A stretch of DNA of 40,561 nt, from the IMG/VR virus record IMGVR_UViG_3300023371_000083. One strand, written 5' to 3'. Of this stretch, positions 23,355 through 32,837 are shown piece after piece. Below the pieces are notes generated by a model, which was given only the letters and a program-made list of their open reading frames with translations, did no database searches and was not told where the DNA came from. Both the position numbers and the translations under genes were made by a program. The DNA comes from a virus (Duplodnaviria; Heunggongvirae; Uroviricota; Caudoviricetes). Position 1 is the stretch's first letter. Every line of letters begins with the position of its first letter.

Positions 23355-23488
23355 AGCATCTCTGAGAAGAGGTGACGAGTGCTATTGAGTTGGAAGCTGG
23401 ATTCGAACCAGCGTTTTCACCGTAAAAGGGTAATGTCTTATCCTCTTGACTATTCCGAAGTAACCCGTCTAACTGCATCAGAGATGCT
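23355..23488 (-). ncRNA. Y-RNA-like unit 5 (contains a non-permuted tRNA body)
   Basis: 12-bp terminal stem and shared motif; internal D, anticodon and T arms in normal order. Confidence 0.7.
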
Positions 23489-23494
23489 ATTCAA

Positions 23495-25126
23495 TTACTG
23501 TTTATTTTTGTTTTCAATTTCATTCCACAGTTCAATCATTCTGGAAGCAAAAATACTTTCTTTGCCTGTCCAACCAGTCATGATATTTGTTCTATATGCA
23601 TATTCTGGAATCAGAATGTTGTTATATCCTGCAGTCTGAATAGAGAATACATTTACTTTTGGATTAACCGCCTTACGGTAATCCTGGATTAGCTTAAATA
23701 CATTTACATGATTATAAGCGCATCCATATTTTTCATGATACTCAGAAACATCTTTGCCTGTACCATACAAGCCGCCATGACCAGCCTGTTGATCGGAATA
23801 AATAAAAATGTTATCCCAGTGTTCTTTATTAGCAATTGCATCTCTAAAGAACTTCCAAATGCCACCTTCTGTTGAGCCGCCAACATCACTATATCTGCTT
23901 TTTGTAATATCTTCAGACTGCTTCAGAATGCCATGTCTTTTGCTGATAGGATATGTTTTTAATCTGTCACCAAATTTACCAACATAACCCTCTTCGGAAC
24001 AAGCTGCAGTAATCACAGAGGAGAGATTATCAATTTCTGCAATACATACACTGCCATATTCTGAAGTAATTGTACCCCATGCAGAACCAGAGTTATCAGA
24101 CAGGCACATTGTTTTGCCTTTCAGCTTTGGCATATTCTGAATAGAAATATCCATACATTCTTCCAAAGCATCGATAATCTGAGGTTTATGATGGCATTTG
24201 CTACCAGATACCGCTTTCAGTGCAGAGTAATATCTGAAAGGGAATTGTTTGCCTTTCAGTACACCAGAAGTTAGTTTTGTAAGGTATTCTTTGCAGAATT
24301 CTGCATCGTCAACTTCTGTAAATACGCCACGCAGATTTCTTAACAAAGCCATATGACCCATATTCGTTGTTCTGAAAATTTCTTTCCAGCCCATACCAGA
24401 GGATCTTAGTGTTTCCCATGTTTTCTGGTCATCATCAACTTTCAGCGTATCATGCATCAGTTTATCCAGAGTAGGGGAGTTTGCGTGAGTGATACGAACT
24501 GCATTAATCATGCCGATTTCGCTATTTTTATATTTGTTTACCTCGTATTCTCTCAGATTGCTAAGTTTAGAAGCAATAGAACGCTTCAGAATACTAGGGA
24601 TATTATTTTTCTGACCTTTATTCAAGAACATATAATAAGCCAGCTGAGTCATTGGCTCATCAGCTCGTCTCATAACCTGTTCATTGATTTTATTGAACAT
24701 GCCATTGTATTCTGCGGAGAACACTTTTCTTTTAGGGTGAATGGCAGCACGAACCATGATAATCTGTGGATTCAGTCTCATGTTGTACTCATTTCTTAAC
24801 TCAACGGCAAGATTCAGAGTACCCATAAAGTCGTAGTCCAAAGCGTTATCTACACATTCTTCCATAATCTGAGTGGTTGTTTTACCATCAGAAAATTTCA
24901 GAACCAGGCTGTCTCGCACAATACGATCCAGATAAGATTTACCATCTCTAACTGCTGGTCTATAATAAGACGCTTCGCCAAAAATGGAAGATGCCATTAC
25001 CATTTTCAGTGTATCAAGAGGATTGATAACATAGCTATCTCCACCCATGAAGTTTGTCACTGTTTCATCTCTACGAAGCTTTGCTTCTTCGTGCATGAAC
25101 TTTACACTTTTACTCATTTTGCTCAT
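23495..25126 (-). CDS. rsr: Ro60/TROVE-domain RNA-binding protein (543 aa)
   Basis: NFMGGDSY, MALLRNL, QFPFRYYSA, vWA MIDAS DNSGS; AAGGAGG RBS before ATG 25126. Confidence 0.9.
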   Translation of the reverse strand: MSKMSKSVKFMHEEAKLRRDETVTNFMGGDSYVINPLDTLKMVMASSIFGEASYYRPAVRDGKSYLDRIVRDSLVLKFSDGKTTTQIMEECVDNALDYDFMGTLNLAVELRNEYNMRLNPQIIMVRAAIHPKRKVFSAEYNGMFNKINEQVMRRADEPMTQLAYYMFLNKGQKNNIPSILKRSIASKLSNLREYEVNKYKNSEIGMINAVRITHANSPTLDKLMHDTLKVDDDQKTWETLRSSGMGWKEIFRTTNMGHMALLRNLRGVFTEVDDAEFCKEYLTKLTSGVLKGKQFPFRYYSALKAVSGSKCHHKPQIIDALEECMDISIQNMPKLKGKTMCLSDNSGSAWGTITSEYGSVCIAEIDNLSSVITAACSEEGYVGKFGDRLKTYPISKRHGILKQSEDITKSRYSDVGGSTEGGIWKFFRDAIANKEHWDNIFIYSDQQAGHGGLYGTGKDVSEYHEKYGCAYNHVNVFKLIQDYRKAVNPKVNVFSIQTAGYNNILIPEYAYRTNIMTGWTGKESIFASRMIELWNEIENKNKQ

Positions 25127-25167
25127 AATTAAGCCTCCTTTTAATCCGGTGACTCTGCTTATGCAAA

Positions 25168-25256
25168 GTCGAGAATGCTTGCTAAGGCGATAAACATGGC
25201 CAGAATATGATATTAAAAGTATCATCCTAAGAAGTAGCCCTAGCATCTGCATCGAC
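25168..25256 (-). ncRNA. Y-RNA-like unit 6 (upstream of Ro60)
   Basis: GTCGATGCAGATGCTAGGGCTACTTC...CCTTAGCAAGCATTCTCGAC. Confidence 0.65.
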
Positions 25257-25265
25257 AATATATAG

Positions 25266-25355
25266 CGGAGCGAGTGAGGTTCGAACTCACACACGACATC
25301 CCTGCCGCCTAATGGTTTTCAAGACCATCCTCTTAGCCAATTTGAGTATCGCTCC
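25266..25355 (-). tRNA. tRNA-Ser (TGA)
   Basis: ATGGT-CT TGA AA-ACCAT, long variable arm, G73. Confidence 0.9.
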
Positions 25356-26058
25356 AAAATAATTCGTCAAAATTTATTTTTAATTTTTGTTCATCTGGGA
25401 TGTCTCTCCAATATCTCCATAAAAACCCAAATGCTGTTGTGTTTTCACCTCTACGATTACTTAATGAATCGCATATAGCACCACTATTTGGATTTTTATT
25501 AAATCGTCTATTTGCCTCAGATTTACTCTTATAAATAGAGATAATTGAATATGTAAAAGGATCTATTTGACATAAAAAACCACCATTTTCTTTAATTAAT
25601 AAATCTCTACATTCGTCACATGTTAGCCATTTTATATTATGTTTAGCTAAAATTTTTTTGACTGATTTTGGATCTATATTAAAATAACTAGCAGTCCTAC
25701 CTGCAACATATTTTGCAATAGAGCAATGATATTCAATAATTTCATTATCTGTAAATTGAATATATGGTTTTCCATCACCACCAATTGTCGCATTATACCC
25801 ATTAGATCCATATGTGTTTAGCTATTGAATCCAATATTTTTCTCTTGATTCAATATCATCTGTTTCCTCGATTATTTCAAATGAAAAATTGTCTATGCCA
25901 TATTTGTTCATTGCGCTCTACAAAGGACGCTTTTCGCATCTTCTTGTTTTGCTATCTTTTATATGTTCTTTAAAACGGTCATTTGGATTTAAATGATTTG
26001 TTTTGCCAACATATTGTTTTCCATTAATTTTATTAGTGATAACATAAATCTAACCCAA
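25333..26058 (-). CDS. GIY-YIG homing endonuclease A with NUMOD1-like C-terminus (TAG at 26050, 25918, 25822)
   Basis: GGAGG RBS and TTG start; MG*IYVITNKINGKQYVGKT...GYNATIGGDG...TAFGFLWRY; missed by the ORF track; 3' end overlaps tRNA-Ser. Confidence 0.85.
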
Positions 26059-26127
26059 ATTAACGCCTCCAGAAAATACATTATAATCCCCATTTTGTTA
26101 TAGACCTAATGGGCAAGCTGTCTGAAG

Positions 26128-26201
26128 CGGGCAATATGGGATTCGAACCCATGACCTTTCGGTTAACAGCCGAATGCTCTAACCAACTGAGCTAATAACC
26201 C
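26128..26201 (-). tRNA. tRNA-Asn (GTT)
   Basis: TTCGG-CT GTT AA-CCGAA. Confidence 0.9.
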
Positions 26202-26234
26202 GATAATATGATAAAACTATAAATTTTATCATAA

Positions 26235-26885
26235 TTATTTTTTTAAATAAGACCATTTATATCCCTAAGCGTGTTTATTTTTTCCTCTCAAAACTTCATA
26301 TATTGCCGAAGAAGTTCTGCTTTTGCCAAATGCTTCATTGGCGTCTGCGACACTGTTAAACTGCGCAATAATTTCATTACTTTTACAATCAATCTGACAA
26401 ACAATATTTCCACGCTCAGAGATTAATACCTGATTAACTTCATCAGAATTTAAATGATGAATATTATATTTATCTAAAATAGTATTAACGGTTTTGGGAT
26501 CAAGGTGAAAATAACGAGCAGTTCTCGCAGATATATATTTTGCTTCTGTACAATGCTAAATAATTATATCTTGATCACTATAAGGCACATAAGAACGCCC
26601 ATCTCCTCCACGGGTAGCATTATACCCATTCGATCCATAAGTACCGAATTTTTGAATATAATACATTTCTCTATCTTCTGGGGAGTATGTTTCTTCGATT
26701 ATTTCAAAAACAAAATTCTCAACACCATATTTATTAAATGCTCTATAAAGAGGGCGGTTTTTGCAACGATCTTTTTTACTATCTTTTATATGCTGATAAA
26801 ATCTCTCAATAGGATTTGTTTTTTCTGTTTTTCCTATCTATTTTTTACCATTAATTAAATTTGTAATAGAATATATGTAAGCCAA
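26235..26885 (-). CDS. GIY-YIG homing endonuclease B, paralog of A (TAG at 26838, 26556, 26265)
   Basis: AAGGTGG RBS and TTG start; MAYIYSITNLINGKK*IGKT...GYNATRGGDG...HA*GYKWSY. Confidence 0.85.
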
Positions 26886-26910
26886 ATTAAAACCACCTTA
26901 GATTTAAAAA

Positions 26911-26994
26911 TGGGTTATGAAGGTACTGCCCCTCCCTGGCTACAATAGCAATTGATTTAGAGTCAACCCGGCCTCTTTATCCGTCTAATAACCC
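26911..26994 (-). tRNA. Amber suppressor tRNA (anticodon CTA), tRNA-Tyr-like
   Basis: Perfect 7-bp acceptor GGGTTAT/ATAACCC, A73, GTTGA-CT CTA AA-TCAAT, long variable arm; non-canonical T-loop GGCAGTA. Confidence 0.85.
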
Positions 26995-27003
26995 GAAAAT
27001 TAG

Positions 27004-27074
27004 CTACCCTGCGTGGATTCGAACCACGACCGTAAGAATCAAAATCTCATGTGCTACCATTACACCACAAGGCA
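27004..27074 (-). tRNA. tRNA-Gln (TTG)
   Basis: TGAGA-TT TTG AT-TCTTA, U1-A72, G73. Confidence 0.9.
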
Positions 27075-27165
27075 TCAATATACAGCAGGGGCTGGAGATA
27101 CATGATTTGAAATGAAACAACATAAATGTGTAATATTTGGAAGGATGGTGCCCCTGCTGTGTCAA

Positions 27166-27510
27166 TTATTCAATTTTATCTTTTCTTTCTTTATTTACAC
27201 GAATTTCATAGTGATCTGTGCAAATAGGATAGATTTTTAACTTATCTGGAACAGTTCTTTCTTCGCCAAACAGAGCAATATATTCTGTATAACCATCTCT
27301 TGGTTTAAGTTCAATATTAATACCATCAAGAATTTTAATTGTAGTATTTTTGTCCTTTGGAGAATTTACAATCATTTCGTGTAATACTTCTCTGAAAGCG
27401 TCATACATCAAATTAACATCTTTCTGATAAAAATCGCATTTTTTAGCTACTGCTCTTACAATATCTTTCTGACGAATAAAAACCGTTTCTTTTTCTTGGT
27501 TTTCTTTCAT
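27166..27510 (-). CDS. HU/IHF-like DNA-binding protein
   Basis: KDIVRAVAKKCDFYQKDV helix followed by a beta-arm; HU sits near the RNAP gene in SPbeta too. Confidence 0.7.
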   Translation of the reverse strand: MKENQEKETVFIRQKDIVRAVAKKCDFYQKDVNLMYDAFREVLHEMIVNSPKDKNTTIKILDGINIELKPRDGYTEYIALFGEERTVPDKLKIYPICTDHYEIRVNKERKDKIE

Positions 27511-27514
27511 TTAA

Positions 27515-28171
27515 TCACTCCTTGAAAATATCCTCTACATTTGTAACAATTTCATCACAAACACCGAGTTCTTTTGCTTCAGACGCAGAAATAAACCATT
27601 CAGAACCAAATTTTTCATCCATCATCTCTTGTGGAATATTAGTTCTTTTCATAATATAAGCTTCCATTTCTTCCATCTGACGCTGATACTCCAAGATATG
27701 AGCAATAATTTCATCATAAGTTCCTTGAAAATTACCACTGCCTTTATGAATTAAGAAAGTGGCACTAGGCATAGCGTATCTCTTATGGCAAGCAAGATAC
27801 ATCATGCATCCTGCACTATATGCCATACCCATATTTACACCAATTACTGGAGTTTTAGATGTTTCAATCAAATCAATCATTGCATTATTAACATCTAATG
27901 AACCGCCAGGGCTGAAGAACAGTAAATAAATTGGTTTTCTATTTTCAACTGGTAAACCTGTATCATCTTTATTCCACATCATGATATATTTACCAAATTC
28001 AAGAAAGCCATCTGTTACATCCATATCCAGCCAGAGAATACGATTCTCTAGGTTTTTATACTATGTAAGTAATTCTGGAGAGGGGAGCTGTAAATTCTCA
28101 ACATATTTAGGAATTAAAGCTTGAATCAGCTGTTCCTCTGTCATAATTTGTTTTTGATTATTATTATCCAT
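27515..28171 (-). CDS. clpP: ClpP-like peptidase (TAG at 28061-28063)
   Basis: SPGGS, GMAYSAG, FLIH, EAKELG motifs; AAGGAG RBS before ATG 28171. Confidence 0.85.
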
Positions 28172-28247
28172 AGTTCTCCTTTTTGCTGACAATATTTTTT
28201 AGTTTAGAGTTGTTTAAAAAAATATCGCTCAACTAACTTACAAACTT

Positions 28248-28276
28248 ATTATATCATAGATCGTTTAGATTGTCAA
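28248..28276 (-). promoter_or_regulatory. Consensus sigmaA/sigma70 promoter upstream of clpP-HU-tRNA island
   Basis: TTGACA-17 nt-TATAAT with extended -10 TG and an A-rich UP region. Confidence 0.85.
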
Positions 28277-28329
28277 CAGTATTTTTTAATTTAAACAATA
28301 TTTTTTTATTTAAAATTTTGGTAGATAGA

Positions 28330-28349
28330 AGCAGGGGAGTACCCCTGCT
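28330..28349 (-). terminator. Hairpin closing the RNAP operon
   Basis: AGCAGGGG-TACT-CCCCTGCT; weak T-tail. Confidence 0.45.
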
Positions 28350-28419
28350 ATATTTCTTATCCTACCATATTAGAAAAATGAAAAACGATTTCCTAAAACA
28401 CACGGAATCTACATATGTT

Positions 28420-29331
28420 TTATTCAAATTCATCATTTTCTGGTCTGTGGACATTTTTTATACTATCTCGTTGCAAAGCTTTTTGTTTTGTATAATAATT
28501 TTTCCGATAAACAGTATAACAATCACTACATCTCTCGGATCTTGTATCTTTAATGCTTGTCTCAAATAGTTTTCCGCAGTCGATACAAACGATATATTTC
28601 GTAGTAACAGGCGATAACTTAGAGCATTGTTTACAAATCTTAGAATGAGACGAACCTTTGCTTTTTATTTTTTGTTTTGGAAACTTTTCATATTTGCCAC
28701 ATACATTACAGAAGAATCCTTTTCCAGATAAAACCATATACTGATTACCAAGATCAACAAGACTGGTGATAGGGTAGTTTTCTCCATCAGACATAATTTC
28801 AACTTTAATGTTTGTATTACTACATTTAAGTGATAATGAAATTTGTCCAGAATTCTTTAAGTAATGAATTTTAAGCATTTTAGATTTTTTATCACCATTC
28901 ATATTAGCAAGCTTAAATAATTTTACCCAATCCACATTAACCCAGTTTGAGTTCTCTGGTCTGGCAGCATTATACTATTTAGCAAGACATAGACAAGTGA
29001 ACATTAATTTTTCAGCTTGATCGTCACATAAAGATTGTATTTCATCAAGCTCTGAATCACTAATATAAATAGTGTCCACCTCTAATAATGGCTATTTTTT
29101 TGCGTTGTTGATATATTTACAAACAACATCATACCATTCGTCAGAATTATATCCCGAATAGTTTTTCATCATAAATTCATCAATTTTTTGAAGAATGATT
29201 TTCTTTCTATATCCAGAAATATGCCAAAAATATCTGACGAGTAACTGCACTGTGGCTGAAGGCTTCTTGTCAACAATTCCTTGCTCCAGAATTTTTTCAG
29301 CCTATTTTCTTTCATTTAACAATAATTCCAT
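28420..29331 (-). CDS. Conserved hypothetical protein with C-terminal Zn fingers, coupled to the RNAP gene (TAG at 29302, 29092, 28975)
   Basis: Read-through reaches an ATG overlapping the RNAP TGA; four CxxC pairs. Confidence 0.75.
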
Positions 29332-32075
29332 CAAATATCACCTCCCGAAATAACCTTTTCTTTAATTGCAAATCGCTCACCGCAATAAACAATATCACCA
29401 TCGGCATCTTTAGCAGGGTATTTGATTGTCATATTATTTTTTTCAAGCAAATTAGATAGGATAGTGCTACCACATAAATCCCATGCAAATTGTTTAGACT
29501 TGTTATTTGTATAGCAAAGATCAATTACAATATTACATAAGCGTTTTGCATTAGGACAAATTTCATAACATTCTCTAACAAAAATATCTTGAAACATTTG
29601 CCTTGCAACTTTTCTGCTTTCTTCATCTATGTTGTCAACTTTAACATCCTGTGCATACTGTTGAACACGCTTACCATATTCAAGGTATATATTTTTAATT
29701 TTCTCAAATTCATCTGCTGTGTATTCAACATCTGATTTTAAAATAGATGCATCAAATTCTGGATATACATAATCAAAATCTGGATAATGTTCTACTTTAT
29801 GACAAATGCGATTTACAACACAGTCAGTATCAGTAACAGGAATGTTATTATGATAATACATTAGGAATATTTCTTCATCTGTGGTTCTATCATCAGAACT
29901 CAATAAATCATTTAATGATTTCCCAAACGATCCCCAACATTTCATATCACAAGCATTAACATATTTATCATAATCACTTTTCAGATAATCATAATTCTAC
30001 ATGAAGAAATAGGGTTTCTTACACGCTGCCGTTCTCTGATAGATCATCTTCAACTCTTTTACATCATCTGGATCATCATCATTGATACGGTTAACCTTAT
30101 TGTCATACCAGTGTCTAGGCATGGGTTTTGCAATAATCCCTTTTGCTTTATCAATTTGGTTTTGTTGCTCCAACTGCCCACAAATAATACGCTATTGTAG
30201 CACTTCATACTCTGGGCTTCCTTCTGGATACATTGCTTGTAAACAAATCTGAGAAGTAATAATGTTTGTAGTTGAACCGATGGCGTCACCAAAGCTCAAC
30301 TTATTTGAAGTAATTAAATCTTCCTCAGTTGGAATTTTCTTTTCTGCTTTACGCTGAATACACTGAATTACAGGAAGATTTTTTGTATTCCGTAATAAAA
30401 TTTCTGAATTAGTGGTATAAAACATATCGCCATCATGATCACTACCATTTAATGCTTCTGCGGTTGTATCCCAACTGTTTAATAGCATACATGTGGTAAT
30501 CTATTTATACCAATAATCTATTTCTGCGTTTGATACAGGCTTCATTTTTCTGATATTGTATTCAGAAGACATTGGTGCTCTGAAGCAGACAATTTCTTCT
30601 ACATTTCTATCAGACCAGTACTTATGCTAACATTCACCTTTTTTCAAAAGCCCAGTAACTTCTAACCCAAACATATTTTGTGCCAATGAATAAGGATCTC
30701 CGCCGGTAACAGCAAAGTTCGCATCAAGTTTAAGTACACCAATTTTTGCCTGTTTGATTTTTTTCTTTACCATGTGGTAGATTTTGCTTCTGATAAACGG
30801 ATCGTTAATCAGTCTGCTGTCAACCATCAGCGCTTTTGCGAAATCAAAAAAATCATCAGAGAATACATTTTTATCATTAATGCCAAATCCACAAAGGAAC
30901 AGTGCCGACTTTCTCCAATCCATACCCATTACATCACAGATTTCGTCCATAGTAGGTTTGATGAGTGCATCAACTTCTACATCAGAAAGTTTCTAGTTCT
31001 GTAAAAATTGATAATTTGTTTCACGGACGCTATCTAATTCGTAAGGTGTAACTTTAGAAACAGCAAAACTATATCCGTTTTCTATGGTATTAATCCAATA
31101 ATCCTCCCAAGATGAATAATGATCCCATAACTTTAACATTGAAGCAGTCAAAATAACTTCTGCGTCTCTAACATCTCGTTTTGTACCCCAAACATCTATG
31201 ATTTCATATGTTCCTGCAACTTTTTCTGCAAAATCAATAAAATCAAATGTAAAGAGCATTCCTTTAGACCAGGGTAAACCCCTTGTGTTTACGCCAGAAA
31301 TATATTTGCCATATTCTCCACCAAGTTCAATATTCCAACGAAAGGATAAGGAAGGGAGCATAAAACCATACCCATCGCTATCAACCAAGGATATTTCTTG
31401 ATTTTTTAAAAAGGAAAGGGTGGGCTCTTCACCTTCGCTATCATCGACCCGAATGATGTCCTCAAAGAATTTTGTTTCGCAATCCGGCACAACAATAATA
31501 CCATTTGGATTTGATACAGGAATAGATCCACTACAAACCAACGCTTGGTATGCCTCCAGCTTTGCGGGGACAATAGGAATTTCTTTGTTTCTGCCATTGT
31601 CAATTCTTCGCTTTAACTCTGGGTACAAACGCTCACTGACATAAACAATTGTGGAGTTTTTAATACCACCATTTGTGCCAAGTAATCGTTTATACTGAAC
31701 ACCATTAATAGAAAAACCTTTATTGGCTCGATCATAATCAGAATCTCTATCAATAATCAAACACATATAATCTTCTTGAAATTGTGTTTCCTATAAGGCT
31801 TTCTATAGGCGTTTCATGTGTTCTTTATTCTCTTGTGAAGTTTCTTGTCTTCTTAATCTTTTAATTTCGTTTTTTAGCATTTTAGCTTTTGCATCAGTGT
31901 TTACACAGTTCAACTCGTCGATGAACCGTAAAATCTGACTATCAGAAAGAGCGATAACATCTGTTTTGTTCTTTAGTGCTACATCAAGAGGTAGCTCTAA
32001 ATCCCATTTTGCCTTTCTAAGACGGCTGCTATGCAGTTTGTAAATCTACTTATGGCAAGCCTTTTGTTTAGCTAT
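29331..32075 (-). CDS. yonO: YonO-like single-subunit (double-psi beta-barrel) RNA polymerase, ~914 aa, 8 in-frame TAG
   Basis: NGSDHDGD catalytic motif plus DSDGYG, KGML, FRAPM, IDKAKG; fragments joined in one frame; apparent ATA start. Confidence 0.85.
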
Positions 32076-32135
32076 TACTATTCATCCTTTCTACATGTAA
32101 ACCATATCAGTTTAAAAGTACCCCCATTTTTTAGG

Positions 32136-32480
32136 TTTGGCTGGATAATTTTTGCATTTAATTTTTCAGATGAGGAATTCCTTAACTTAAACCAGTTATC
32201 TCAAATTCCTTCCAGTCAAACTCAAAATTCTGGGGTAAAACACCCATTCTAGTCAAAAAGTTACACTGAAAATTTTGTTTAGATGAAAAGTTTTAGGATT
32301 GCCGAATCAAATCAGTGTAACTAGCAACAATGTGAATCCTCAATTTACATATGTTATAATGATTTATTACATGCTAACAATATTTTTTAGTTTGGCTGGA
32401 TAAAAAAATAAATCAACCCCTCAGATGAGGAATTGGTCATCCTTGAGCTGTTACCCTTAAAATTTAGGGTTTGGCTGGGA
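32136..32480. repeat. Imperfect direct repeats upstream of the RNAP gene
   Basis: GTTTGGCTGG three times; TCAGATGAGGAATT twice, at the same distance from a TTTGGCTGGATAA copy. Confidence 0.55.
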
Positions 32481-32511
32481 GATTTTCGGCTAAAAAGGGC
32501 ATTCTGAACAT

Positions 32512-32784
32512 TTAGTTACATTTACGCTGTGCATTTACTGCCAACATCCGTTCAGCTTGCTCTGGCGGAACATCTCTAATCTTACTTCTGATGGTGATTA
32601 ATCTTTTGGGAAACTTATAGGTTTTGCCATAAGCATCCTCTGAGTAAATACTAAATAGGGAAGGGTTGGCTTCGACCAGTTTCTCCATTTTAGTGATCCA
32701 TGTAGTATCAGAACAGTATAGCTATGCATATTCGTCTGTCCGCATTGCGGTGATATGCATTTCTTGTTCATCTTTTTGAACCAT
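32512..32784 (-). CDS. Small hypothetical protein, 90 aa (TAG at 32722-32724)
   Basis: GAGGTGA RBS; MVQKDEQEMHI...DEYA*LYCSDTTWITKMEKL...GKTYKFPKRLITIRSK. Confidence 0.75.
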
Positions 32785-32837
32785 TGTGCTCACCTCGTTT
32801 TGTTTCGCATTGATGTGCGGAATCAACGCTTAATGTG

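Noticed and set aside
22748..23488. CRISPR array from the recurring GAAGTAAC...ACTGCAT motif
   Set aside because: Conserved blocks are short and split, units vary from 84 to 180 nt with covarying stems, and there are no cas genes; Y-RNA-like units fit better.
25127..25294. 56-aa N-terminal extension of the TROVE ORF in the track
   Set aside because: It overlaps tRNA-Ser and Y-like unit 6; a strong RBS precedes ATG 25126.
14496..32075. Fragmented terminase, RNAP and other genes as pseudogenes of a decaying prophage
   Set aside because: Every break I traced is an in-frame TAG; there are no frameshifts or internal TAA/TGA, and a CUA tRNA is present.
176..32784. TAG=Gln (code 15) or pyrrolysine
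   Set aside because: Diagnostic positions need Tyr; the CUA tRNA has Tyr-type features (long variable arm, A73); no pyl genes are in the window.
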